A stretch of DNA of 32,000 bases from Candidatus Paracaedimonas acanthamoebae (GTDB lineage: Bacteria; Pseudomonadota; Alphaproteobacteria; Caedimonadales; Caedimonadaceae). The stretch spans positions 480,001 through 512,000 of the forward strand of contig CP008936.1 in assembly GCA_000743035.1 (NCBI GenBank), in the 5' to 3' direction. Made by a program: the position numbers and the translations under genes. Shown here piece after piece: positions 15,934-24,171 of this stretch. The notes below the pieces were generated by a model. It was not told where the DNA came from. It saw only the letters and a list, made by a program, of their open reading frames with translations, and ran no database searches. Numbering within the stretch: position 1 is the stretch's first letter; each line of letters opens with the position of its first letter.

Positions 15934-16216
15934 TTAATTTGAATTTACCTTACTCCTTTGTCTTTTAACAGCCGTTGCATGAGCAATTTCAAGATGACTA
16001 TAGCTAGGCGCTTCATTAGGATTTTTAGTCCAGGAAGGAATAAGGCCCCAATGAGCTAAGTGAAGGTGCTTATCATGAGTTCTGTATCTTGGGAGATAAT
16101 TAAAATACTTGAGAAGGCGCTATATTGTAAGAAGAGGAGAAGGTACCTTCATCTTTTAGGTTAAACTCAATCTTAAGATCTTCAGTTTTAGCAAAAAGAG
16201 TAAACCTGCCGCACAT
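15934..16216 (-). pseudogene. SRAP (YedK/DUF159) abasic-site-processing protein, frameshifted and truncated
   Basis: ATG at 16216 gives MCGRFTLFAKTEDLKIEFNLKDEGTFSSSYNIAPSQVF*. A second frame continues ...HLAHWGLIPSWTKNPNEAP.... These are the hallmark MCGRF, YNIAP and WGLIPSW motifs. Only about 95 of roughly 220 codons remain. Confidence 0.6.
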
Positions 16217-16254
16217 ATTCTTACTTTCTTAAGGAGAAAGCTTAGGCAACAGTA

Positions 16255-17189
16255 TTAATGGATAAGCTCAGAAACTTGCTCTTTAGATAATCCTGTGATT
16301 TCCATAACCATTTGTGTATCAAGGCCTTTTTGTAACATAGAACGCGCAATTTCTAGACGCCCTTTTTCTAAGCCTTGTTGGAGGCCTTTTTCTAAACCTA
16401 GTTGTAAGCCTTCTTGTTTCCATTGTTCAGCGAGTGTCATGATCTTATCCTCATCTATTTCAGTGAGACCTCGTTTAATGGTCTCTATAAATGCCTCTTT
16501 ATCTTTAATCTCCGCTGCTTCTACAATATAAGACAAAGTGACGTAAATATATTCTTCAATATACTGCTTTTCACCAAGGTTTTCAATCTTTCTAAATAGA
16601 TCGATCGCAACCTTCAAAGTTGGCAGAATATCAGGGTCTTTAATGTGTTTTGCAATAAGAGCAGCGGCTCCAAACCAAAAGTACTTCTTAAGCTCTTCAT
16701 CAGAAGCCTGTGCCAAGTCAATCAGTTGGGTAGGTCTTCCCATGATTTCGCGTGCGAGATCCTTATTAGCACCATAAAGATCAAAAAGATCTGTTGAATA
16801 AGGAAAAGGCTTTTGCCCTGTATAAAGAACCAAAGGGTAGATAATTGGGAGTTTGTTACCTTCAGTCTTTTTGAGATGTTGCTCAATAATAGCTGACATG
16901 TATTTCAAAGCCGTAAGGGAAGCATCTTGTCAGGGGTTGAGGCATGCTCCAGCAAGCAATAAATGTAACCTTCCTCATTATTAAATTTAGTGGCAAAGAG
17001 AATATCTGATATTTGCTGTCTTAGTTTGTCATCAATGAAGGAATCTTTTTGTGGTTGAATAGTATTAAGATCAATAGTTTCTTTAACCTTTTGGGGAAGA
17101 TGAGTTTCAAAAAACTCTCTGACGATTTTTGGATTCGTAAAGACAGAACGGATAAAACGATCATGCGGACTTAGCCTGCTTTTGGACAT
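16255..17189 (-). pseudogene. Rpn-family (PD-(D/E)XK, transposase_31) recombination-promoting nuclease split by a 1-nt frameshift
   Basis: The two ORFs (94 + 217 aa) join as ...LEHASTPDKMLPLRL|LKYMSAIIEQHL, colinear with E. coli RpnA (IEHQSKPDKKMAFRMMRYSIAAM). The C-terminal MTLAEQWKQEG...GL repeat tail is typical. Confidence 0.8.
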
Positions 17190-17242
17190 TTCTTATAGCT
17201 CATAAATAATTAATAATTATAAAATTTATCTTACTAAATTTA

Positions 17243-17773
17243 CTAAGAATTGTCTGCTTTTTCTTGGCTAAAAGATTTATTTTTATGATGTTTTTTAGCC
17301 TTCATCATTTGAAGAGTTTTTTCCAATTTATGTTGGGCATAATCTTTCTGTTCTTGGGTGATTTCTTCAACTTCTTGACCTTTTAAATCATATCGATGAG
17401 TACCACTGATAACAGCTTTTAAATAGTGTATGTTGCTTGTGTAATAGGTGAGGGCGTCTCGCAATTTAGCTTTAGAAGGGGAGCCTGCTTGTGCGAGAAA
17501 AGTAAATAGATCTTGATCAATATTAAGCTTAAGGGGCTTTAAGTCTTTCAGATTAAAGCAAGTAGGGAATTGTTCGTAAAGCCATGCTAAGGTTACTTTA
17601 ATTTCTTCTCTCTTCTTTTGCCTTGCTTCTCGTTCTTTTTTGGCTTGTTCTTTTACTTGTCTGCGTTTTTCTTTTTCTGCTTGTTCATGAAGCGGTTTGA
17701 GCGCTTGAAAGAGCTGGGTTTGCTTTTGTAAACTTAAAGGTTTCTTTAATGTAAGTTTGGGTTTTACAGTCAT
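17243..17773 (-). CDS. ProQ/FinO-domain RNA-binding protein
   Basis: Lys/Glu-rich N-terminus, then WLYEQFPTCFNLKDLKPLKLNIDQDL...LRDALTYYTSNIHYLKAVISGTHRYDLKGQEVEEITQEQ, which is the FinO/ProQ fold signature. Confidence 0.75.
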   Translation of the reverse strand: MTVKPKLTLKKPLSLQKQTQLFQALKPLHEQAEKEKRRQVKEQAKKEREARQKKREEIKVTLAWLYEQFPTCFNLKDLKPLKLNIDQDLFTFLAQAGSPSKAKLRDALTYYTSNIHYLKAVISGTHRYDLKGQEVEEITQEQKDYAQHKLEKTLQMMKAKKHHKNKSFSQEKADNS

Positions 17774-17911
17774 TTATGATCCTTTTTGTTTCTGGTCCTT
17801 ACTATGAAAAAGTAAGATAGAAAGAAGTTACTATATTTTTGCTTTATAACTTTGAAATTGATCCATATCTATACACTTATTATAAAATTTGTAATGCCGC
17901 TGGACTCTTCG

Positions 17912-18496
17912 TTATATCTTTTCTTTCTTATAAAGAATAAAAGAGGCTTCAGCTTTTATTTCATGCGTAAAAGGTTCACCTTTATAAAATTTCTCCAGAT
18001 TTGTAAGGTTACTTGAAATAACCCCTACAACATCTTTTAGTGTTTCATGTTCAGACGAAAATTTAACTTTCCCAAAGAAAGCTAAGTCCTCATGGTCATC
18101 CTTGTGTTTACTGGTGGTTACAATATATTTAAGAGTGAGCTTGTGGCTTATCCAAAATGCTGTTTTGAATAATTGGTGGTAAAATTGCTCTACGAGTTGC
18201 TCAAATCTCTCTATATCCTCATGAATGTCACTATCTTCGCTGAGATGAAAAGCAACATCCTTAATACCTAGTGCTATGCATGACTTGCTTGTGCGTATTG
18301 AGGATAAGGTGGCCTTTCCGCAGATGCCTTCTTCGTCATCAATAAATAAAAGATGGAGATCATTTTCGAGTAACGTTTTTGCATCAAAATCCTCAATAGA
18401 CTTAAGCACAAGGTGATCAAAGTTTATAAGTTCGTCTGCAGCAACTATTCCCCAGATAGATTCATGAAATTTATAGTCTTTTATAATACAAAACAT
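17912..18496 (-). CDS. Hypothetical protein (194 aa)
   Basis: Long ORF in the same-strand gene string. No motif recognised. Confidence 0.5.
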   Translation of the reverse strand: MFCIIKDYKFHESIWGIVAADELINFDHLVLKSIEDFDAKTLLENDLHLLFIDDEEGICGKATLSSIRTSKSCIALGIKDVAFHLSEDSDIHEDIERFEQLVEQFYHQLFKTAFWISHKLTLKYIVTTSKHKDDHEDLAFFGKVKFSSEHETLKDVVGVISSNLTNLEKFYKGEPFTHEIKAEASFILYKKEKI

Positions 18497-18559
18497 TTTG
18501 TCCCTCTATTTTAATGTTTCTTACGGTTCTCTTTTCATGATTCTCTTAATAAATATTGC

Positions 18560-19234
18560 TTAACTGCTACTCCCCTGCTTATAAGCCTCATTAAGTAGTT
18601 CGCATTCATGCAAGGCCGCATCCATAAAGAGTTGTTGTATTTCTGTTTTTTCTGCTTCAGAGATTGTTTGAATGAGTGCATCAAGCGATTGGATGATTCT
18701 TATGGTTTGTTGTTCTGCATCCAAGGAAGTGCAATGCTTGATGAATTGCTTATAAGGATGATTGTGAGCATTGAGTTTTAGGCAACGTTTGTGCAAGTGA
18801 GTGGTAAGCCAGAACCTTGGCAAGATGGCGGCAAGGATGGGAAGGAATAGCCTTTTTTCAGTTAAGGTGTTTAGGAAGGCTATATATTCTTCGCATGCAG
18901 CCGTTGCCTTGTATATTTTCCCCTTAAATTTATCCAATTGAATGCTTAAACTTCCTGCTGCCGTAAGAGAAAATTGTGCATTTTGAGTAAATAGAAGGGT
19001 AATACATCTTGGATAGTTGAGCTTTGATAGAAGAATTAAATTTTCAGAAAGAGAACGCCAGACACGCTCTTGCTGATTAAGGAAGAAAGCAAAATGTACT
19101 TCTTTTAAAGCCTCATTAAACAAATGTTCATAAAAAGAGTGCTTGAGAGCAGCCTTATGAAGATACTGAAGAGAACTCTCGACATCTTGTAGGAACGGAG
19201 AATCAAACTTTACTACTTCTAGGGAGTTATGCAT
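18560..19234 (-). CDS. Hypothetical all-alpha protein
   Basis: The ATG at 19234 is preceded by AGAGGG at 6-7 nt. The ORF track start at 19270 would overlap the upstream RNA-like region. No motif recognised. Confidence 0.5.
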   Translation of the reverse strand: MHNSLEVVKFDSPFLQDVESSLQYLHKAALKHSFYEHLFNEALKEVHFAFFLNQQERVWRSLSENLILLSKLNYPRCITLLFTQNAQFSLTAAGSLSIQLDKFKGKIYKATAACEEYIAFLNTLTEKRLFLPILAAILPRFWLTTHLHKRCLKLNAHNHPYKQFIKHCTSLDAEQQTIRIIQSLDALIQTISEAEKTEIQQLFMDAALHECELLNEAYKQGSSS

Positions 19235-19312
19235 CAGATACCCTCTTGAATATGAGGTAAGTGGATGCACAATACATAGTGTGGTTTCCTGAAAAGATTC
19301 TCTCTTTTAAGT

Positions 19313-19346
19313 AAAAAAAGGGCTCAACCAACCAAGAATGGTTGAG
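19313..19346 (-). terminator. Rho-independent terminator
   Basis: Minus strand reads CTCAACCA-ttcttggt-TGGTTGAG, then CCC TTTTTTT. Confidence 0.65.
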
Positions 19347-19600
19347 TGAAGTTAAAGGAAAAGTTTTGTGGTAAGAAACTCTTGGTCTCTTATGACTTTG
19401 TATGTAAGGGATAAGAAATTTTCCAAAAATGTTGAGGAGTGAGAGTCTAGTCACTCTAAAGCAACTAGACTCTCTTTGAGGGGAGAGTTTAACGTGAGGA
19501 GTGGGGGAAGCCTCACGATTTGGCGCAATGAATGCACCAAATTCCATGATACTGTTGTTCACAGTTTTTATTTCAAAGAGGGATATATTTGAGCAATAGG
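19347..19600 (-). ncRNA. Hairpin-rich, locally GC-enriched segment: possible structured sRNA or 3'UTR
   Basis: An 11-bp perfect stem at 19441-19451/19464-19474, a 7-bp stem at 19493-19499/19511-19517 and a 7/8-bp stem near 19520-19540, ending at the terminator at 19313-19346. Strand and extent are uncertain. Confidence 0.3.
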
Positions 19601-19609
19601 AATTCATGA

Positions 19610-20086
19610 TCATAATGCAAGTTTCCGCTTATCGTCTTGCTTATCTAGAGAAAACCCATCAAGAGGATATCCTAAAGCTCTTAAATCTTGTTGGAGTTTT
19701 GAAATATTGCACCTGAATTGCTTTGACTGATCCCATTTGTTAAAAGGGTTCTTTCTTTCTTCAAGCCAGCCATTTTTAACAAGCGTAGAGATGCATCTTC
19801 GCATGGTTGTATCTGATGTATTCAACATCGTGTCTGAGAGAAGATCACTAACTCTTTTATAAATCCAACCATAACGAGGAGAAACATTAATATCCAACAT
19901 CTCCTCAGCAATCGGGCCTATAACACGAATACGACTTTCTTCTTCAATCATCTTGTCAAAGTCTTTTGCAGATCTTGTATACAAAAGAAATTGATTGAGA
20001 ATAATTGCAAGAGTTGGGTCTTTAGTTAGCTCGACCAGTTCTTCACAAACTGTAACTCTTTTTAAGGGGCGTGGTAGCTTATTCAT
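19610..20086 (-). CDS. Putative winged-helix DNA-binding protein (replication-initiator or regulator-like)
   Basis: 158 aa. GWIYKRVSDLLSDTMLNTSDTTMRRCISTLVKNGWLEERKNP looks like a wHTH recognition unit. GGGAGC lies upstream of the ATG. Confidence 0.55.
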   Translation of the reverse strand: MNKLPRPLKRVTVCEELVELTKDPTLAIILNQFLLYTRSAKDFDKMIEEESRIRVIGPIAEEMLDINVSPRYGWIYKRVSDLLSDTMLNTSDTTMRRCISTLVKNGWLEERKNPFNKWDQSKQFRCNISKLQQDLRALGYPLDGFSLDKQDDKRKLAL

Positions 20087-20163
20087 CTCGGGTGCTCCCT
20101 GATGCAGAGAATAAGGAATTTATCGATTCGCCACCTGTTGTGGGTCGAGGATATCTATATAAT

Positions 20164-20481
20164 TTATTGAAAAATATAGAATAAATTTCCTTTAAAAAGT
20201 TGATCTTTAATAAAAAAGAGGTCAAGAGGTTTTAATAACCTCTTGACCAGGTTAAGGAGGATATTGGAGTCTTTATTTGGGGAGGGAAGACAAAAAGACT
20301 CAACAGTTTCCTCGCTTAGAAAGGAGAAAGCTTTCTTCAAAAATGTAGAGAGTAATCTTTTAATGTAATATAAATTAAAATATTGTGCTTTTGGTGAAGC
20401 ACTAAAACAATTACGGCTTTTTGAAACGCCAGAAGTTAGACGGGCTAACAATAGCCCATAAGGATAGTATTTTTTATTCAT
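20164..20481 (-). CDS. Possible small basic protein, first gene of the leftward transcript
   Basis: The ATG at 20481 follows GGAG at 7 nt and lies downstream of the leftward promoter. However, a strong hairpin plus T-run lies inside its 3' part, so it may be non-coding. Confidence 0.25.
   Translation of the reverse strand: MNKKYYPYGLLLARLTSGVSKSRNCFSASPKAQYFNLYYIKRLLSTFLKKAFSFLSEETVESFCLPSPNKDSNILLNLVKRLLKPLDLFFIKDQLFKGNLFYIFQ
20212..20248 (-). terminator. Terminator- or attenuator-like hairpin
   Basis: 12-bp perfect stem GGTCAAGAGGTT/AACCTCTTGACC with a 5-nt loop, followed on the minus strand by TCTTTTTT. Confidence 0.5.
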
Positions 20482-20571
20482 TTCCCTGCTCCATTTATGT
20501 CGAGCAAATGATATCAATGGTAAATTTTTTAAATCTTAGCCAATAACGTCACAATTTTAATACACTTACTA

Positions 20572-20600
20572 TTTATAACAAGCTTTCTTTCATAGTGCAA
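20572..20600 (-). promoter_or_regulatory. Leftward sigma70-like promoter (TTGCAC - 17 nt - TATAAA)
   Basis: Read on the minus strand. The -35 sits inside AGTGCAAA, the inverted partner of TTTGCACT at 20635-20642. Confidence 0.45.
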
Positions 20601-20635
20601 ACTTTTTTTCCCTAAAACTTCATTTTTTTCATTAT

Positions 20636-20664
20636 TTGCACTTTTTGGCAATTTGAGGTATAAG
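20636..20664 (+). promoter_or_regulatory. Rightward sigma70-like promoter (TTGCAC - 17 nt - TATAAG) for the repressor gene
   Basis: Read on the plus strand, 45 nt upstream of the ATG at 20709. Confidence 0.45.
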
Positions 20665-20708
20665 TATGACCTATTCATGTTTCTTATATTAAGGAAAAAC
20701 AAACTCCA

Positions 20709-21332
20709 ATGGATGCTCCCAAGCGCTTAATGTATACACGGCAGCTTACAAATATGCCACGTACTGTATTCTGTAGAAAATATGACGTGAGTCCAAGTTC
20801 TTTAGCAAAGTGGGAGCTAGGTGCAAAAGAATTGTCCCTTAGGAGTGCAAGAAAGTTATCCTTAATTTTTGAAAAAGAAGGGATTAGCGTAACTCCTGAG
20901 TGGTTATTGAATGGCGAGGGAGAAGCTGCTCGCAAAGCTAGAACTATTTCTAATAGAAAAGGCGCAGAGGCCATCGCTACTGAAAAGGATTTAATTGAAG
21001 AAGAGCTTCAAAAATTTGAAGCCTTCCATGAGAATATACTCTCTTTGAAGATTTATGATGATTCCTGTTTTCCAATTTATATCCCCGGGGATTATGTTGC
21101 AGGTGTGGCTTTAGAAGGGGAAAACATGCTCACGCTCAGAGAGAGGATATGTATCGTCCAATTACTAAATGGTGTTATATGTGTAAGAAAGATAATGGAT
21201 TATCAAGATGTAGATAATACGTTCGATTTAGAATGCATCAATCCATATACTGAGATAGCTCAAAAGACACTTAAGGCTGCCCAGCTAATTTCTGCGGCAC
21301 CTATTACTTTTTTTAGAAGGGTTTCTTCATAA
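20709..21332 (+). CDS. CI/LexA-like repressor: XRE-type HTH plus S24-like C-terminal domain
   Basis: N-terminal RQLTNMPRTVFCRKYDVSPSSLAKWELG. The C-terminal beta-rich domain has DDSCFPIYIPGDYV (GDSM-like) and ICVRK (Lys box-like). Confidence 0.7.
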   Translation: MDAPKRLMYTRQLTNMPRTVFCRKYDVSPSSLAKWELGAKELSLRSARKLSLIFEKEGISVTPEWLLNGEGEAARKARTISNRKGAEAIATEKDLIEEELQKFEAFHENILSLKIYDDSCFPIYIPGDYVAGVALEGENMLTLRERICIVQLLNGVICVRKIMDYQDVDNTFDLECINPYTEIAQKTLKAAQLISAAPITFFRRVSS

Positions 21333-22736
21333 TTTGATACGCAGCCATAGGGGAATGAAAAAGAAGGTAACTGCTGCTCCTAAGCTAATTAAGCATAAAC
21401 TGTTAAAGAAGTTTGTGTAAAATCCTAGATTCTCTATACCTGCTGTATCCCCTTGAGAGGTAAGTGTCGCAAGCTTACCTGAAAAATACTGGGCTATTCC
21501 GATGGAAAAGTACCAGATCCCAACATAGAAAGAAGCATATTTTTTAGGCGCTATCTTAGTAATAGCAGACATAGCGGTAGGCATTATACATATCTCTCCA
21601 ATAACAAAACACATCAATGCTAAGATTAAAAACCAGGGAGACACTAAACCTTGTGTTGCTAAGCGAGTTGATATCCATAAAACAAGAAAGCCAATACTTA
21701 CCATACCAAGACCGGCACTCATTTTAGTAAAAATGGAGTATGAGATTTTATACTTTTTTAGGTAACGCCATAATAAAGCTAATATGAATCCTAGCATTAA
21801 ATTGAAAAGTGGATCAATGGCTTGGAAAAACGTTGTTGGAATAGTAGTGATGCCAATATTAGAGAATCCCTTGAGGGTGCGGTCTAGATAGTTTTCTGCA
21901 AATAAAACAAGGGAGTTACCAGATTGCTCATAAAGGATAAAGAATGAAACAGTGATCAGAATCACTAGACCAAAAACTTTAATATTTTTAGTCTGATTTT
22001 CTGCATGAAATAGGGTCGCTAATGCAACGAGGATACCACTTATTAAAATGAAACTGATAATAAAGGTTGGTTGGATAGTAGCGTAGTTGAAAAAGAAATA
22101 AACAATCGCAATAATAATAGGCACCGATAATAATTTCAAGAGATCTTGACCTAGTTTGGCTATGCTAAGCTTTATGTATTTGCCAAAGAAGCCTAAGAAA
22201 AACAGTGCCAAGCAATCTGCAATGAGCATCATAAGAAAAGAAACTTTCCAATTAAGACACTCTCCTAAAACCGCACACATCACAGTACCAAACAGGGTTG
22301 CCAAATTCATAAGGGCATAAAAGAAAGTGAATTGTGCATCTCGGTTGAGAGAGTCTTTACCAATTATTTGACTTAACAAGGGTAAGATTGAAGGACGGAC
22401 TAAACCGCGCCCAACAAGAGCAAAGCTTGCTCCTAGGAAAAAATAAGTAAAGTCTAAGTATAATAAAAGAGAGCCAATAGCTGAACATAAAAATCCTATA
22501 AAAATTGAATTTTCTTGCCCTAGGTATTTGTCAGAAATCCAACCCCCAACTAAGGGAGTCAAATAGGACAGCATCATTAAAGATCCATAGGTTGCAAAAG
22601 CATTTTGATTTGAATAAAGAAGCTCTTTCACAAGAAACAGGACAACCATAGAACGTAGGCCATTAAAAACAAATCGCTCAATAGCGGCTAATAGAGTGAT
22701 TAACGCAATATTCTTACCTCTAATGAGAGAGATCAT
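21327..22736 (-). CDS. POT/PTR2-family (MFS) proton-dependent oligopeptide transporter
   Basis: ERFVFNGLRSMVVLFL...LTPLVGGWISDKYLGQ signature and about 12-14 hydrophobic spans. ATG at 22736 (TTG at 22742 in the ORF track). It overlaps the upstream gene by 17-23 nt. Confidence 0.8.
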   Translation of the reverse strand: MISLIRGKNIALITLLAAIERFVFNGLRSMVVLFLVKELLYSNQNAFATYGSLMMLSYLTPLVGGWISDKYLGQENSIFIGFLCSAIGSLLLYLDFTYFFLGASFALVGRGLVRPSILPLLSQIIGKDSLNRDAQFTFFYALMNLATLFGTVMCAVLGECLNWKVSFLMMLIADCLALFFLGFFGKYIKLSIAKLGQDLLKLLSVPIIIAIVYFFFNYATIQPTFIISFILISGILVALATLFHAENQTKNIKVFGLVILITVSFFILYEQSGNSLVLFAENYLDRTLKGFSNIGITTIPTTFFQAIDPLFNLMLGFILALLWRYLKKYKISYSIFTKMSAGLGMVSIGFLVLWISTRLATQGLVSPWFLILALMCFVIGEICIMPTAMSAITKIAPKKYASFYVGIWYFSIGIAQYFSGKLATLTSQGDTAGIENLGFYTNFFNSLCLISLGAAVTFFFIPLWLRIKL

Positions 22737-24162
22737 TAGCAATATTCCTTATGCTTGGGGGCAATGTAATAGCAAAGATATGAAAAATTTCTTCAACCTG
22801 ACGCTTACTTATATTAAGCAGCCTTAGTCCATTTAAACTCAAATTTGATAAATCCTTAAACTGTTTCCAAATATCGGTAATTTGTAATAAATGCTTACAA
22901 AGAGGCGAGAGATCAAGAGAGTCACTACTTTTCTCTAAAGCTTTAGGAAAGTATAAAAGATGCATTGCAAGATTTTGTTGGAGTTGGTCTTCGATTTCTA
23001 AGGGTGTGTCCTTATTAAGATTTAAATGCTTTTCAAAACCAAAAATTCGGGCACATTGAAAACATACCATAGCAGATGGATGAGCCAAAAAATCTGGACT
23101 TTTAAGAAAGGAAATATAGCCTTCTTCAAGAGGTTGCTTAAAATTGTCAATTTTAAGAAAGAGGAGAGCAATAAAGTTTTTGAAACACGTAAAATCTTCT
23201 TCTGGTATGGGGAAGTGAGAATGGATAAAGTTAGAAGAAAATACTTCCACCTCGTTCAAGAATTGCTCCATTGTAATACCAAAATAAGGATCAAGTTTAT
23301 AAGCCTTGTTTGGCTGTTCTAGTAAATAGCCGTGAGACCTATGAATAAGCTCAGTATTAATGCCATATCTGTTCCAAGCGCCAAGAATTTGTCTCCAATG
23401 GTGTTCTTGGCGATTACCAATAACATATATAATTTTGTCTGCTTCTTGCTTATAAATGCGCTCATAAATGGCGGCCATATCTATGCTTGAGTAAGCGAGA
23501 AATTCATCATTTCCTTTTAAGAAAACAGAGTAAGAGTTTCCTAAAGGAACCATGATATTGCCCTGATGCGTTTCAATAAGATTTTTAGCTTTAAACAGAG
23601 ATATTACTGTTTCTATATGAGGGATGTAGCGACTTTCACCACTGTATTGATCGAAGCTAACATGTAAAAAGTCGAGCATTTTTTGAATTTCGGAAAGGGT
23701 AATGGCGGATATTTTATCGCGCAAAGAAACATAATCACCTTGAGCTTGCTGAAGAGTAATTGCTTCTTGACGAACTTTAGCATCTAATTTTTGATCTTTT
23801 GCTGCGCGTAAAGCAACATCCTTCTGAATTTCGAATATTAGCTTAGGATTAGCTTGTAAGCTCTCAACCACTTGATGAAGATTTTGAGAGCGCTCTTTTA
23901 AACCATACAATAAACAGCCCATTTGAGGTCCGTGATCGCCATAGTGAATATCGCCGATGGTCGTGAAGCCGCTAAATTTTAGAAGCCTTTTTAGACTTTC
24001 GCCAAGAATTGTTGTCCTTAAGTGCCCTAGATGCATAGGTTTAGCAATGTTAGGCCCACAGTAATCGATGATTATCTTTTTATCTGTTTTGCCTTTAGTA
24101 AAAAATTGCTGTGTTCCTTGCTTTTCTAACAGCTCAAGCTTTTCAATAAGGTTATCCCCCAT
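22720..24162 (-). CDS. Arginyl-tRNA synthetase paralogue lacking the N-terminal domain (480 aa)
   Basis: ArgRS-type catalytic core: IIIDYCGPNIAKPMHLGHLRTTILGESLKRLL, HYGDHGPQMG, FDQYSGESRY, YSSIDMAAIYER, IIYVIGNRQEHHW. The HIGH box starts at residue 44, versus about 120-130 in canonical ArgRS. Confidence 0.75.
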   Translation of the reverse strand: MGDNLIEKLELLEKQGTQQFFTKGKTDKKIIIDYCGPNIAKPMHLGHLRTTILGESLKRLLKFSGFTTIGDIHYGDHGPQMGCLLYGLKERSQNLHQVVESLQANPKLIFEIQKDVALRAAKDQKLDAKVRQEAITLQQAQGDYVSLRDKISAITLSEIQKMLDFLHVSFDQYSGESRYIPHIETVISLFKAKNLIETHQGNIMVPLGNSYSVFLKGNDEFLAYSSIDMAAIYERIYKQEADKIIYVIGNRQEHHWRQILGAWNRYGINTELIHRSHGYLLEQPNKAYKLDPYFGITMEQFLNEVEVFSSNFIHSHFPIPEEDFTCFKNFIALLFLKIDNFKQPLEEGYISFLKSPDFLAHPSAMVCFQCARIFGFEKHLNLNKDTPLEIEDQLQQNLAMHLLYFPKALEKSSDSLDLSPLCKHLLQITDIWKQFKDLSNLSLNGLRLLNISKRQVEEIFHIFAITLPPSIRNIANDLSH

Positions 24163-24171
24163 CTGTCATAC

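Noticed and set aside
19227-19613. 128-aa ORF between the wHTH gene and the 236-aa gene
   Set aside because: It overlaps both neighbours, contains an intrinsic terminator and several strong hairpins, and has atypical composition. I treated it as an RNA or regulatory region instead (low certainty).
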